In this document: in pieces, positions 18,627 to 27,429 of the stretch
How the letters are laid out: each line of letters starts with the position of its first letter
Numbering within the stretch: position 1 is the stretch's first letter
Source of the DNA: Alphaproteobacteria bacterium MarineAlpha9_Bin6
GTDB lineage: Bacteria; Pseudomonadota; Alphaproteobacteria; UBA7887
Length of the DNA: 62,223 bases
NCBI GenBank assembly: GCA_002937585.1
Contig: PTKE01000004.1
Location: 1 to 62,223 of the forward strand
Direction: 5' to 3'
Made by a program: the position numbers and the translations under genes
Notes under the pieces: generated by a model
The model's database searches: none
Told to the model about the DNA's origin: nothing
Seen by the model: only the letters and a program-made list of their open reading frames with translations

Positions 18627-19682
18627 ATGAGCAAAGCTAGCCAGCAAATCGACGTCCGAGAAAAATTTTATCAGGACATTGACGGCTATAATATGGCCCC
18701 GTTATGGGAAGTTTATCGTACCTTGATTACGCCTAGTCCAAGGACACCCGCGGTGCCGCATTGTTGGCACTACGATGATGTGCGCGATTGGGTGCTACGT
18801 GCTGGTGACGTAATCAGTGCGCGCGAGGCGGAACGTCGGGTTCTGGTGCTTGAAAATCCAGGTTTACGGGGGCAGACGAGAATCACTAATTCGCTGTATG
18901 CTGGCCTGCAACTGATCTTGCCTGGTGAGGTCGCGCCAAGTCACCGCCATAGCCAATCAGCGTTACGTTTTATTATTGAGGGGGCTGGTGCATATACTGC
19001 GGTGGACGGAGAACGTGCCTATATGGCCCGTGGGGATCTGATCCTTACCCCTCCTATGACTTGGCACGACCATGGTAGTCATGGAAAAGGTCCCACTGTG
19101 TGGCTTGATGGCCTCGATATTCCCATCATCCAAACATTCGATGCGAGTTTTCTTGAGGGATTCCCTGAGGAAAGCCAACCTTCTACCCGGTTACCCGGAG
19201 ATAGCCACGCGCGGTATGGTCGTAACATGCGTCCATTTGGTGCGGCGCCGAAGAATGCTTCGTCCCCAGTATTCTCTTACCCGTATGCGGATTACCGGGA
19301 AGCTCTAGAGAAAATGCGTGTGCAGGAAGACTGGGATTCTTGTCACGGCCTCAAAATGACTTTTATCAATCCACAGACGGGTGGTCCGGTGATGCCGACG
19401 ATTGCCGCATTCGTGCAACTTCTACCAAAGGCTTTCAGCACTTCCCCATATCGCTCTACGGACGGCACCATCTATACAGTGGTCGATGGTGAGGGTCGCG
19501 CTCGTGTAGGAGACAAGGACTTCCAGTTGACCCCCAGTGACATTTTTGTTGTGCCTAGTTGGTGTTCTCTGCAGCTGGAAGCCAAAGAGGATCTGGTATT
19601 ATTTAGCTTCTCTGATAGGAGTGCGCAGGAGAAGCTTTGCCTGTGGCGCGAGCAGCGAGGCGATGACGGAGATACGTTATGA
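18627..19682 (+). CDS. Gentisate 1,2-dioxygenase (bicupin)
   Basis: The track ORF begins at 18498, but MSKASQQIDVREKFYQDIDGYNMAPLWEV at 18627 gives the usual length of about 350 aa. It has the cupin metal motif APSHRHSQSALRFIIEG...WHDH and a second cupin near the C-terminus. Confidence 0.85.
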   Translation: MSKASQQIDVREKFYQDIDGYNMAPLWEVYRTLITPSPRTPAVPHCWHYDDVRDWVLRAGDVISAREAERRVLVLENPGLRGQTRITNSLYAGLQLILPGEVAPSHRHSQSALRFIIEGAGAYTAVDGERAYMARGDLILTPPMTWHDHGSHGKGPTVWLDGLDIPIIQTFDASFLEGFPEESQPSTRLPGDSHARYGRNMRPFGAAPKNASSPVFSYPYADYREALEKMRVQEDWDSCHGLKMTFINPQTGGPVMPTIAAFVQLLPKAFSTSPYRSTDGTIYTVVDGEGRARVGDKDFQLTPSDIFVVPSWCSLQLEAKEDLVLFSFSDRSAQEKLCLWREQRGDDGDTL

Positions 19683-20389
19683 GCGAAGATAGATATAACA
19701 GTGATTACGTTATTTCGATATGGGATCAGCCGTCGATAGCAGTCGCGGGCGGTGCCGCGTATCCGGTGCGCCATATCTATTGTGTGGGTCGTAATTACGC
19801 GGAACACGCTCGTGAAATGGGCACTGATCCGGAGCGGGAGGCACCATTTTTTTTTATGAAAGCAGCAGATAGCATTGTGCCAAGTGGTGCCCGGATTAAA
19901 TATCCACCTCGAACACAGGATCTCCACCACGAGGTTGAGTTAGTGGTTGCCATCGGGGCAAGTGGCGCTGATATTGCACGCTCCGATGCGTCCGACCATA
20001 TCTTCGGTTACGCTGTGGGTGTCGACTTGACTCGACGCGACCTCCAACAAGCGATGAAGGCGAAAGGTCGACCCTGGGAGATCGGAAAGTCGTTTGCTCA
20101 GGCGGCTCCGGTTGGTGAAATTCAGCCGGCTTGGAATATTGGTCATCCGCGCGAGGGGAAGATAAGTCTCTTGGTTAATGGAGAGATTCGCCAAGAAGCC
20201 GATCTAAAGGAGATGATTTGGGATGTTGACGAGGTGATTGCTGAGCTATCTACATATTACAAACTGGAGCCCGGGGATCTTGTTTTTACCGGCACGCCGG
20301 CGGGCGTTGCGGCAGTAATCCGTGGTGACAGTGTCAACTGCACTATCGATGCGCTTGAACCATTGGATTTCTCGATCTCGGCCGTCTGA
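19679..20389 (+). CDS. Fumarylacetoacetate hydrolase family enzyme (fumarylpyruvate or maleylpyruvate hydrolase candidate)
   Basis: The ORF is 236 aa with HHEVELVVAIG, DLTRRDLQ and KGRPWEIGKSF. Its ATG overlaps the dioxygenase stop (ATGA). Confidence 0.85.
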   Translation: MSEDRYNSDYVISIWDQPSIAVAGGAAYPVRHIYCVGRNYAEHAREMGTDPEREAPFFFMKAADSIVPSGARIKYPPRTQDLHHEVELVVAIGASGADIARSDASDHIFGYAVGVDLTRRDLQQAMKAKGRPWEIGKSFAQAAPVGEIQPAWNIGHPREGKISLLVNGEIRQEADLKEMIWDVDEVIAELSTYYKLEPGDLVFTGTPAGVAAVIRGDSVNCTIDALEPLDFSISAV

Positions 20390-20427
20390 ATTTCTGTATG
20401 GCGATCGATCTACTAACTTTACTTTTG

Positions 20428-20838
20428 TCAGCCAAACAAAACCTTAACTTCGTCCGGAATAATGCCAGCGCGGATCGCTCCGTCATCTTTTCGGGTTCCC
20501 CATATGCGTGTCTCGAAACCGGACGCAACTTTTGTATCGTCACAAGTAAATTCGTGTCTTAACCGAAAGCTTTTGCGGCTCCATTGGTCGACTTGACTCG
20601 TTACTGTCAGCTTGTCTCCCATGCGGGCAGGTGCCACGAAGGTTGCGCCCGTGTCAACCAATGGCCCGCCGAATACGCCAAAGCGACGATTAAGGGCTTC
20701 AAGTGTCAAATTCTGGCTCTCAAAAAGTAACCAAAACCCTCGGTCCATCCAGCGATAAAAATTAGGATAGAATACGATTCCGGCTGGGTCACAATCCCCC
20801 CAATCGACTCGGATTGAATAACGGTTCACTATGGCCAT
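20428..20838 (-). CDS. 4HBT/YbgC-type hotdog acyl-CoA thioesterase
   Basis: The track ORF extends to 20976. MAIVNRYSIRVDWGDCDPAGIVFYPNFYRWMD at 20838 gives the usual length of about 136 aa, with the catalytic Asp context DxDxxGxV. Confidence 0.8.
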   Translation of the reverse strand: MAIVNRYSIRVDWGDCDPAGIVFYPNFYRWMDRGFWLLFESQNLTLEALNRRFGVFGGPLVDTGATFVAPARMGDKLTVTSQVDQWSRKSFRLRHEFTCDDTKVASGFETRIWGTRKDDGAIRAGIIPDEVKVLFG

Positions 20839-21073
20839 CAGCGTTCCGTCAGGTGATGCATTGACCAGGGTTTTGTTTCGACTTGTACATGGAGGAAGTA
20901 GACAGCCCTGTATTGTCTCAAGATTTTGGGACTGCACGGTTCGACATGGCTTGCTTCTATCGTTGCCTGTCTGCACGGTGCAGGCATTAGTTTAACACAC
21001 ACAATTTATCCTCTGCAGCGTAGTATAGTGGATCTCACGCGGCCGAGAAGGTTTCTAATGGAGGATATAGACA

Positions 21074-22243
21074 ATGCGGAGTTGGTATGTCGCGTGGATA
21101 GCGGGACTAGGCTTGGCCGCAGTGGCCCAAGCTGAAGAGACGATTAAGATAGGTGTCGTGCTGCCGTATTCGGGTGTCTATGCTTCGCTAGGTGGCGACA
21201 TCACCGACGGCATGCAGTTAGCATTTGATCTATATGGCTCAGAAATTGCGGGCAGAAAAATCGTTCTCATTACCGAGGATTCTGAAGTCAAACCCAACGT
21301 AGGCCTCACCAAGACGAAGAAGTTGGTATTTCAAGATAAGGTTGACCTTTTAGTGGGGCCGGTGGCTTCTAACGTTGCCGGGGCGATGCGTGATTTCGTG
21401 CACAACGCCAAAATTCCACTGATTATTCCAAATGCCGGGAATAATTTGCTGACCGGAGAAAAATGCAGTCCGTGGGTAATTCGAACCTCCTTTTCTAACG
21501 ACCAGATCAATCGGGTAATGGGCCCTTGGCTCTACGAACAGGGGCACCGCACCTTATACCTTATGGCGGCTGACTATTCTGCCGGTCATCAAATGATGGA
21601 GGCAGTTAGGAGAGGCTTCACTGAGGCTGGCGGAGAAATTGTCGGGGAGGAATATCCGCCACTTCGAGAAACAAAGGACTTTGCCCCCTACCTAGCTAAG
21701 GTCAAAGCTATCCGGCCAGATGCCTTGTATGTGTTTTTTGCGGGCGGTTTGGCCATTCAATTTGTAAAACAATATCAGGATTTTGGGCTCAAGGGTGAGA
21801 TACCATTGACCGGTGCCGGCTGGCTGACGTCGCCTTTGTTCCTGCCGGCCCAGGGTACGGCTGCAACGGGCTTTATTGGTGCGCTCAACTATGTCCCAAC
21901 AATCGATTCTGAGGAAAACAGGGCATTTCAGGCTGCATTCAGTGAAAAACATCAGCGAACTGCTTCGGAGTTCACGGTGCAAGGTTTTGATACCGGCCGT
22001 CTAATAGTAGAAGCGCTCAAGCTTACGAGCGGGAAGACGGCTGACAAGGCAGCTTTGGTGGAGGCAATTCACCGGGTACATTTTACCAGTCCGCGCGGGC
22101 CCTTCCGCATAGATCCGGCTACCAACAACGTAATTCAGGATATCTACATATTTGAGATGCGGCAGACAGGCTACGATATCCGTCATGTGGTGATCGATAA
22201 AATAGCTGATGTCCAGGATCCTCCGAACGGCTGCAAAATGTAG
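21074..22243 (+). CDS. Periplasmic substrate-binding protein, Leu/Ile/Val-binding (LivK/J) family
   Basis: The ORF is 389 aa with signal peptide MRSWYVAWIAGLGLAAVAQA followed by ETIKIGVVLPYSGVYASLG. GGAGG lies 9 nt upstream. Confidence 0.85.
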   Translation: MRSWYVAWIAGLGLAAVAQAEETIKIGVVLPYSGVYASLGGDITDGMQLAFDLYGSEIAGRKIVLITEDSEVKPNVGLTKTKKLVFQDKVDLLVGPVASNVAGAMRDFVHNAKIPLIIPNAGNNLLTGEKCSPWVIRTSFSNDQINRVMGPWLYEQGHRTLYLMAADYSAGHQMMEAVRRGFTEAGGEIVGEEYPPLRETKDFAPYLAKVKAIRPDALYVFFAGGLAIQFVKQYQDFGLKGEIPLTGAGWLTSPLFLPAQGTAATGFIGALNYVPTIDSEENRAFQAAFSEKHQRTASEFTVQGFDTGRLIVEALKLTSGKTADKAALVEAIHRVHFTSPRGPFRIDPATNNVIQDIYIFEMRQTGYDIRHVVIDKIADVQDPPNGCKM

Positions 22244-22260
22244 CGGCCGAAGCCTTTCGG

Positions 22261-23136
22261 ATGTTTTTCGAGCCGACCTTCCTTGCCATTCAATTTCTCA
22301 ATGGGTTGCAGCTCGCTAGCCTGTTGTTTCTGCTTTCGGTTGGGTTATCCGTAGTATACGGGTTGATGAATTTCATCAATCTAGCCCATGGAACGCTGTA
22401 CATGTTGGGCGCATATATCGGGCTTACAGTGGCTCGAGAAAGCGGATCCTTTTGGCTCGCTCTCGTCGGAGCTCCCCTCGCCATCGCAGCTTTAGGGGCG
22501 CTTTTTCACGTCCTGTTATTGCGGCGTATGCAGGCTGCAAGCCCGATGAAGCAGGTTCTAGTGACTTTCGGTCTAATCTTTATCGGTCTGGACGTGGTTC
22601 GTTATATCTGGGGTGATTTCACCCATTCGATCGAGACGCCGGCCATTTTCTCAGGATCGGTGCAGTTGTTAGGGGAGGTGTATCCAAGTTATCGACTATT
22701 CGTGATTGGGCTAGGCTTGTTTGTCTTTGTCGCTCTTTATCTCGGTCTTGAACGTACCCGTCTCGGTGCAGTAGTGCGCGCTGGGGTCGATGATAGAGAG
22801 GTTGCGATGTCACTTGGTCTTAATATTGAACTGGCGTTTTTTATTGTGTTCTGTCTGGGTTGCGGGCTGGCTGGGCTGGCTGGTGTAATAGCGGCTCCGG
22901 TTCTGTCGGTGTATCCCGGTATGGACATGTCGATACTAGTGTTGACCTTGATTGTGGTTGTCATAGGAGGGCCCGGAAGCCTAAAGGGAGCGGCATTAGG
23001 TGCTTTTCTGATCGGAATGTTTGAGACGTTCGGTCAGGTATTTATGCCCGCTCTGGCGAGCGTAATTATTTATGCGTTGATGGCGGTCGTTCTTTTAGTT
23101 CGTCCCGGTGGTTTGCTGCCGGTGCGACCTGGTTAA
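22261..23136 (+). CDS. LivH-type ABC permease
   Basis: The ORF is a 291-aa polytopic membrane protein with NLAHGTLYMLGAY at the N-terminus, typical of LivH. Confidence 0.85.
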   Translation: MFFEPTFLAIQFLNGLQLASLLFLLSVGLSVVYGLMNFINLAHGTLYMLGAYIGLTVARESGSFWLALVGAPLAIAALGALFHVLLLRRMQAASPMKQVLVTFGLIFIGLDVVRYIWGDFTHSIETPAIFSGSVQLLGEVYPSYRLFVIGLGLFVFVALYLGLERTRLGAVVRAGVDDREVAMSLGLNIELAFFIVFCLGCGLAGLAGVIAAPVLSVYPGMDMSILVLTLIVVVIGGPGSLKGAALGAFLIGMFETFGQVFMPALASVIIYALMAVVLLVRPGGLLPVRPG

Positions 23137-23144
23137 AGACGCTG

Positions 23145-24107
23145 ATGATAAAAAAAAGGGCGCTAGCCAATCGTGATATTGCTGCCTGTATTCTGTTGTT
23201 GATAGCAATAATCGCGTGGTTTCGCGCCGACATTTTTGGTCATGAGTTGCTTGCGCAGATCTCGATCTTAGCGATCTTTGCGATGAGCCTTGATCTCTTA
23301 ACCGGCTATACAGGGCTGGTGTCATTAGGTCACGCCGCTTTTTACGGTGTAGGTGCATATGCGACCGCGGGTCTTGCCGCCCTGGCAGGTTGGCCAATGT
23401 GGGCCGTGATGCCGACAGCGATGCTGTTATCGGCGTTGCTGGCGGTTTTTGCCGGTGTTTTTGCAGTACGTCTGGTCGGTGTATTTTTCATTATGATTAC
23501 ACTTGCAATCGGTGAAATGGTTCACGCCTTCGCTTTTCGCAGTCGTGTCTTTGGCGGCGATGATGGTCTTGGCGGAGTGCCGCGCATAAATTTCGATGCG
23601 GTTGGTATAAATTTGTTAGACCCTGCGCAATTTTCTTTGTTCACATTGATTGTTGCGGCGTTGGTATATTTTGTGGCCGCTCATTTGGTGGATTCCCCCT
23701 TCGGGAGAGTGTTGGTTGGCATCCACCAGAACGAATCAAGGATGCGCGCGCTCGGATGTCCTGTGAGACATTACAAACTGGCAGCATTTGTCCTAGCCGC
23801 CTCATTCGCTGGTTTGGCGGGGTCGCTCGCTGCCCAGCATAATAATTTTGTTTCGCCAGAATTATTGACCTGGACTACGTCCGGTGAGGCATTAATTGTA
23901 GTAATCATTGGTGGTATTGGCAGTTTAGTCGGCCCTGCAGCAGGTGCGGCCGTATTCGTTATGCTCGCCCATCACCTAAGCGGTATCACTGATTACTGGA
24001 TGTTTTTTATGGGCTTGTTTTTTGTTGCCGTGGTGTTGTTTGGTGGCGATGGACTTTACGGTTTGATAGGGCGCATGCGCCGAGCATTAACACATGCTCG
24101 TCGTTGA
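23145..24107 (+). CDS. LivM-type ABC permease
   Basis: The ORF is a 320-aa polytopic protein with TGYTGLVSLGHAAFYGVGAY, typical of LivM. Confidence 0.85.
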   Translation: MIKKRALANRDIAACILLLIAIIAWFRADIFGHELLAQISILAIFAMSLDLLTGYTGLVSLGHAAFYGVGAYATAGLAALAGWPMWAVMPTAMLLSALLAVFAGVFAVRLVGVFFIMITLAIGEMVHAFAFRSRVFGGDDGLGGVPRINFDAVGINLLDPAQFSLFTLIVAALVYFVAAHLVDSPFGRVLVGIHQNESRMRALGCPVRHYKLAAFVLAASFAGLAGSLAAQHNNFVSPELLTWTTSGEALIVVIIGGIGSLVGPAAGAAVFVMLAHHLSGITDYWMFFMGLFFVAVVLFGGDGLYGLIGRMRRALTHARR

Positions 24108-24831
24108 AAAACTCAACAAGGCATTCGGTGCACTGCAAGTAACGTGCGATATCTCACTTCACGTTGAGCCAGGTGCTCGTCACGCACTGATTGGCCCCAA
24201 CGGTGCTGGAAAGACCACGTTGTTTAATCTTTTGACAGGGGAGATCAGGGCAGATTCCGGAAGCATAACGTTGGCCGGAAAGGATCTCACGCGTGCGCGT
24301 CCAGATATTCGTGCTCGCTTAGGCATGGCGCGTTCTTATCAGCAAAACAACTTATTTGCAGATCTGACTGTGACCCAAAATCTGGTGACAGCGCTTGTGG
24401 TGGCGCGTGGGTATGGCCTCCGCTTATGGCAGCGTCTCTCTGACAGGAATGAGCTCGCACTAGGCGCTGTCGAGATTGCAGAACTAATTGGTTTAGCCGA
24501 TGTCCTAGATGAGCCTGCCCATCGACTTGCCTATGGCATGAAACGCCAATTAGAGGTCGGGTTAGCCCTGGCTGTGGAGCCAAAACTTCTATTGCTTGAT
24601 GAGCCCACAGCAGGAATGAGCCCCGATGAGACTAAGCTCATGCTCACGCTAATAGGCAGTCTGCCTCCAACCTTAACGGTGTTGATCATCGAGCATGATA
24701 TGGACGTCGTGTTCAAATTTGCTGAACGGATCACTGTTCTCGATGAAGGCGCAGTGCTATTTGAAGGTTCACCGGATGAGGTTCATTGCTCCGACGTTGT
24801 GCGTGCCCGATATCTCAAGCTTGCAACATGA
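24094..24831 (+). CDS. LivG-type ABC ATPase
   Basis: Walker A is GPNGAGKTT and Walker B is LLLLDEPTAGM. It overlaps the permease gene by 14 nt. Confidence 0.9.
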   Translation: MLVVEKLNKAFGALQVTCDISLHVEPGARHALIGPNGAGKTTLFNLLTGEIRADSGSITLAGKDLTRARPDIRARLGMARSYQQNNLFADLTVTQNLVTALVVARGYGLRLWQRLSDRNELALGAVEIAELIGLADVLDEPAHRLAYGMKRQLEVGLALAVEPKLLLLDEPTAGMSPDETKLMLTLIGSLPPTLTVLIIEHDMDVVFKFAERITVLDEGAVLFEGSPDEVHCSDVVRARYLKLAT

Positions 24832-25532
24832 TCGGACCGGGCCTCATTGTGGAGAATTTAAACGCTTGGTATGGGGACAGCCATATCTTGCAGGGTGTAT
24901 CGCTAGCCATACCTCAGGGTGCGGCGGCGGCCATTCTCGGGAGAAACGGCGCTGGAAAGACGACGACGCTTAAGTCCATTATGGGTTTGACCCCGCGACG
25001 AAGTGGGTCTGTCCGATTAGGCGCCCTTAAACTGGATGGATTGCCGCCCTACCGTGTGGCGCGCGCGGGGGTTGCTTATGTACCTGAAGTGCGCGGCGTC
25101 TTTTCATCCTTGTCAGTAGAGGAAAATTTGACTGTGAGCGCCAGGGCGACCCAAGGCGGCTGGACCTTGGAGCAAATATTTGACCGATTTCCTCGGCTCG
25201 CCAATCGACGTAATCATGGCGGCAACATGTTATCCGGTGGTGAGCAACAAATGCTTGCCATAGCGCGTGCGTTAATGACCAACGGCAGGCTTTTGATGCT
25301 TGATGAGCCGACTGAGGGCCTTGCCCCGACCATTGTTGAGGAGCTGTCTGTCCTGTTGCGTGAGTTGTTGGAAGATGGCTTATCGCTGCTACTGGTGGAA
25401 CAGAATTTTACGTTCGCCACAAATCTATCGAAAAAGATTCATGTGTTGGGCAAGGGGCGGATACGGTGGTCAGGTAGTGCTTCGGACTTGATGAAAGACG
25501 AGGATATAACCCGCACCTGGTTAGGCGTATAG
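24828..25532 (+). CDS. LivF-type ABC ATPase
   Basis: The track start is 24786. ATG 24828 overlaps the upstream stop (ATGA) and gives MIGPGLIVENLNAWYG. Walker A is GRNGAGKTT, the signature is LSGGEQQM and Walker B is LLMLDEPTEGL. Confidence 0.9.
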   Translation: MIGPGLIVENLNAWYGDSHILQGVSLAIPQGAAAAILGRNGAGKTTTLKSIMGLTPRRSGSVRLGALKLDGLPPYRVARAGVAYVPEVRGVFSSLSVEENLTVSARATQGGWTLEQIFDRFPRLANRRNHGGNMLSGGEQQMLAIARALMTNGRLLMLDEPTEGLAPTIVEELSVLLRELLEDGLSLLLVEQNFTFATNLSKKIHVLGKGRIRWSGSASDLMKDEDITRTWLGV

Positions 25533-25562
25533 ACGCAGATTCGGTCGGAAGCGAAGCATTTA

Positions 25563-26021
25563 ATGAAGAAAATATATTTTGAGGATTTCAGGGTTGGCCA
25601 AGTAATCGAACTTGGTTCTTGCACGGTCAGCAAGGATGAAATCATCGCGTTTGCTCGCAAGTTCGACCCGCAGCCCTTTCATATTGACGAAGCTGCTGCG
25701 GAGCGCAGTATTTATGGTGGTTTGATTGCGAGTGGTTGGCACACCGGATCCCTATTTATGCGTCTTCTCTACGACGGGTTGTTATCGCATGCTGCCAGCA
25801 TGGGTTCGCCAGGTCAGGATGAACTACGCTGGATCAAACCGGTCCGACCTGGTGATACACTGAGTGCGCGTGGTTTGGTGGAGGAATTGATTCCGTCTCG
25901 CTCCAAACCCGACCGAGGTCTGATCCGGACTACATATGAAGTATTTAACCAAGATGGAGACAAGGTGATGATGGTGCGTGGCCTTGGCATGTTTGGCAAA
26001 CGTCCGACGAAAGAGGTGTGA
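25563..26021 (+). CDS. MaoC-like hotdog (R-specific enoyl-CoA hydratase/acyl dehydratase) protein
   Basis: The ORF is 152 aa, with [32 protein letters not shown] as the MaoC dehydratase signature region. Confidence 0.8.
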   Translation: MKKIYFEDFRVGQVIELGSCTVSKDEIIAFARKFDPQPFHIDEAAAERSIYGGLIASGWHTGSLFMRLLYDGLLSHAASMGSPGQDELRWIKPVRPGDTLSARGLVEELIPSRSKPDRGLIRTTYEVFNQDGDKVMMVRGLGMFGKRPTKEV

Positions 26022-26094
26022 TTGAACAGTTGCGTCTTTTGAGTGTGGTTGCTGTAGGGCTTGATCCAGTTTTGTATCGTTGGAACTGAAGGGT

Positions 26095-26712
26095 CTATTG
26101 TTCGGGCTCTTTCGCTGCTTGGACCCCGATCATAGAGTCTCGGTTCACGAGTGCAGCTAGTTTGTCTTCCGCCCAGCCTTCTGTCCCGGCAGGGCGAGCG
26201 GGAAGCACCAGATAACGCATGTCGGCCGTTGAATCGTGAACCCGGATTGTTACGGAATCGGACAAAACAGTCCCAAATTCTGCCAGGACTGCGCGCGGTT
26301 CCTTGACTGCGCGGGCGCGATAAGCTGCTTTCTTATACCAGTCTGGTGGCAGGCCCAGGATATTTCGCGGGTAGCACGAACATAGTGTGCAGACCACGAG
26401 GTTGTGCACCTCTTCAGTATTCTCAACCACTATCAGTCGAGTGCCGTCGACTGGAATGCCCAGTTCCTCCACCCCCGCTGAGCCATCGAGAAGCAGCCTT
26501 GTCTTGTAGTTGGGATCGACCCAAGCGTGGGCCACCACACGCGCGCCTAACGCGGGGCCGCGAGCCTCCATTTTTTTAATTGTGGCCACAATCTGCGCAT
26601 CGGTCAGGATACCTTTTTCGATCAACAGCTCTCGCACCGCTGTTGCCATACGTTGGTAATAGGCGAGGCGTTCCGGATCGATTGTCGGGCCATGGTGGTG
26701 GTCGTGTGACAT
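26095..26712 (-). CDS. Nitrile hydratase alpha subunit, cobalt-type signature
   Basis: The ORF is 205 aa. The metal claw VVCTLCSCYP has Thr and Tyr in the Co-type pattern VCTLCSCY, versus Fe-type VCSLCSCT. PDWYK and AVKEPRAVLAEFG are typical alpha-subunit blocks. Confidence 0.85.
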   Translation of the reverse strand: MSHDHHHGPTIDPERLAYYQRMATAVRELLIEKGILTDAQIVATIKKMEARGPALGARVVAHAWVDPNYKTRLLLDGSAGVEELGIPVDGTRLIVVENTEEVHNLVVCTLCSCYPRNILGLPPDWYKKAAYRARAVKEPRAVLAEFGTVLSDSVTIRVHDSTADMRYLVLPARPAGTEGWAEDKLAALVNRDSMIGVQAAKEPEQ

Positions 26713-26721
26713 CAGGTTGTC

Positions 26722-27009
26722 CTAACTAACAGGTTCCAGCCAATGTTGGTAAATCTCAATATCAACCGTGTCTGTGAAAGACCCCTGATATTCCGGCCAC
26801 ACATGGCTTTGCAAAAATCGCACTCGATAAAGCGGTTGTCTCGGCAAGCCATCACCACCATACGCCAGACTTTCAGGATTGCGAAACGAGCCGCAAAAGC
26901 GTTCGATCACACCGCTTTTTCCACGAATATATGTAGGAGTGCGCTTATGTCCGTCAACCTCTCGATTTGAAACTATAACCGAGGCTCCGGGTTTAAAAAT
27001 CGGTTTCAT
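26722..27009 (-). CDS. Nitrile hydratase beta subunit, C-terminal half as a separate ORF
   Basis: The ORF is 95 aa. FKPGASVIV...GHKRTPTYIRGKSGVIERF...LYRVRFLQSHVWPE...VDIEIYQHWLEP aligns by eye to the C-terminal half of classical beta subunits (FKEGDVV...GHARRARYVRGKTG...LYTVRF...LWG). The ATG overlaps the upstream stop (ATGA at 27006-27009). Confidence 0.8.
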   Translation of the reverse strand: MKPIFKPGASVIVSNREVDGHKRTPTYIRGKSGVIERFCGSFRNPESLAYGGDGLPRQPLYRVRFLQSHVWPEYQGSFTDTVDIEIYQHWLEPVS

Positions 27010-27317
27010 GACGTAGTTTTTCGGGTTGAAATTTCAGCCATGCGAGCCTCAAGTTCTGTCGAAGTTATAACGTCTTTTTCAACAAGTATTTTTGCAATCG
27101 AGGCTATCCAACGTTCGTAATAGCTTAACTCGTTATATGCATCGATATCGAGGGATTCGATTCCTCTTCGAAGCTCATCCACGCGCATTATTTGCTTTTC
27201 ACTTGCCAGTAGCACTAGGAGTGCGTCTATGCGTTTTTCCCATAAAGCATAGTCGTGCTCAGATTGATCTATTTGGTTGTTTGGCAAGCCGCCAATGTCG
27301 TGAACACCGCGCTTCAT
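27006..27317 (-). CDS. Nitrile hydratase beta subunit, N-terminal half as a separate ORF
   Basis: The ORF is 103 aa. MKRGVHDIGGL...ALWEKRIDAL...VDELRRGIESLD..YNELSYYERWI aligns by eye to the beta N-terminus (MNGxHDxGG...WE..., DEFRxGIE, YY..W). Confidence 0.8.
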   Translation of the reverse strand: MKRGVHDIGGLPNNQIDQSEHDYALWEKRIDALLVLLASEKQIMRVDELRRGIESLDIDAYNELSYYERWIASIAKILVEKDVITSTELEARMAEISTRKTTS

Positions 27318-27429
27318 TGAATAATTGTTACCTCCTTTCCCCCGAACATGCGTAGCGACTGTTGTAAAGACAATAGTAAGCTAATGTATATTTATCTGGT
27401 ATGAGCGAGTCTGCATCCAAAAGGAACGT

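Noticed and set aside
19847-19855. Homopolymer runs as possible phase-variation sites: T9 here, an A8 at 13981-13988 and an A8 at 23150-23157
   Set aside because: Each sits in frame within an intact conserved gene; the T9 encodes FFF in the FAH-family protein. Nothing indicates slipped-strand switching. The exception is the pair of runs inside the Gfo/Idh/MocA pseudogene, reported separately.
26722-27317. The possibility that the split nitrile hydratase beta subunit is just a frameshifted pseudogene
   Set aside because: The stop and start form a clean ATGA overlap. The second ORF starts exactly at the conserved FKxGD block, and both halves keep conserved residues. I therefore kept it as a genuine split gene, though resequencing or comparative data could still overturn this.
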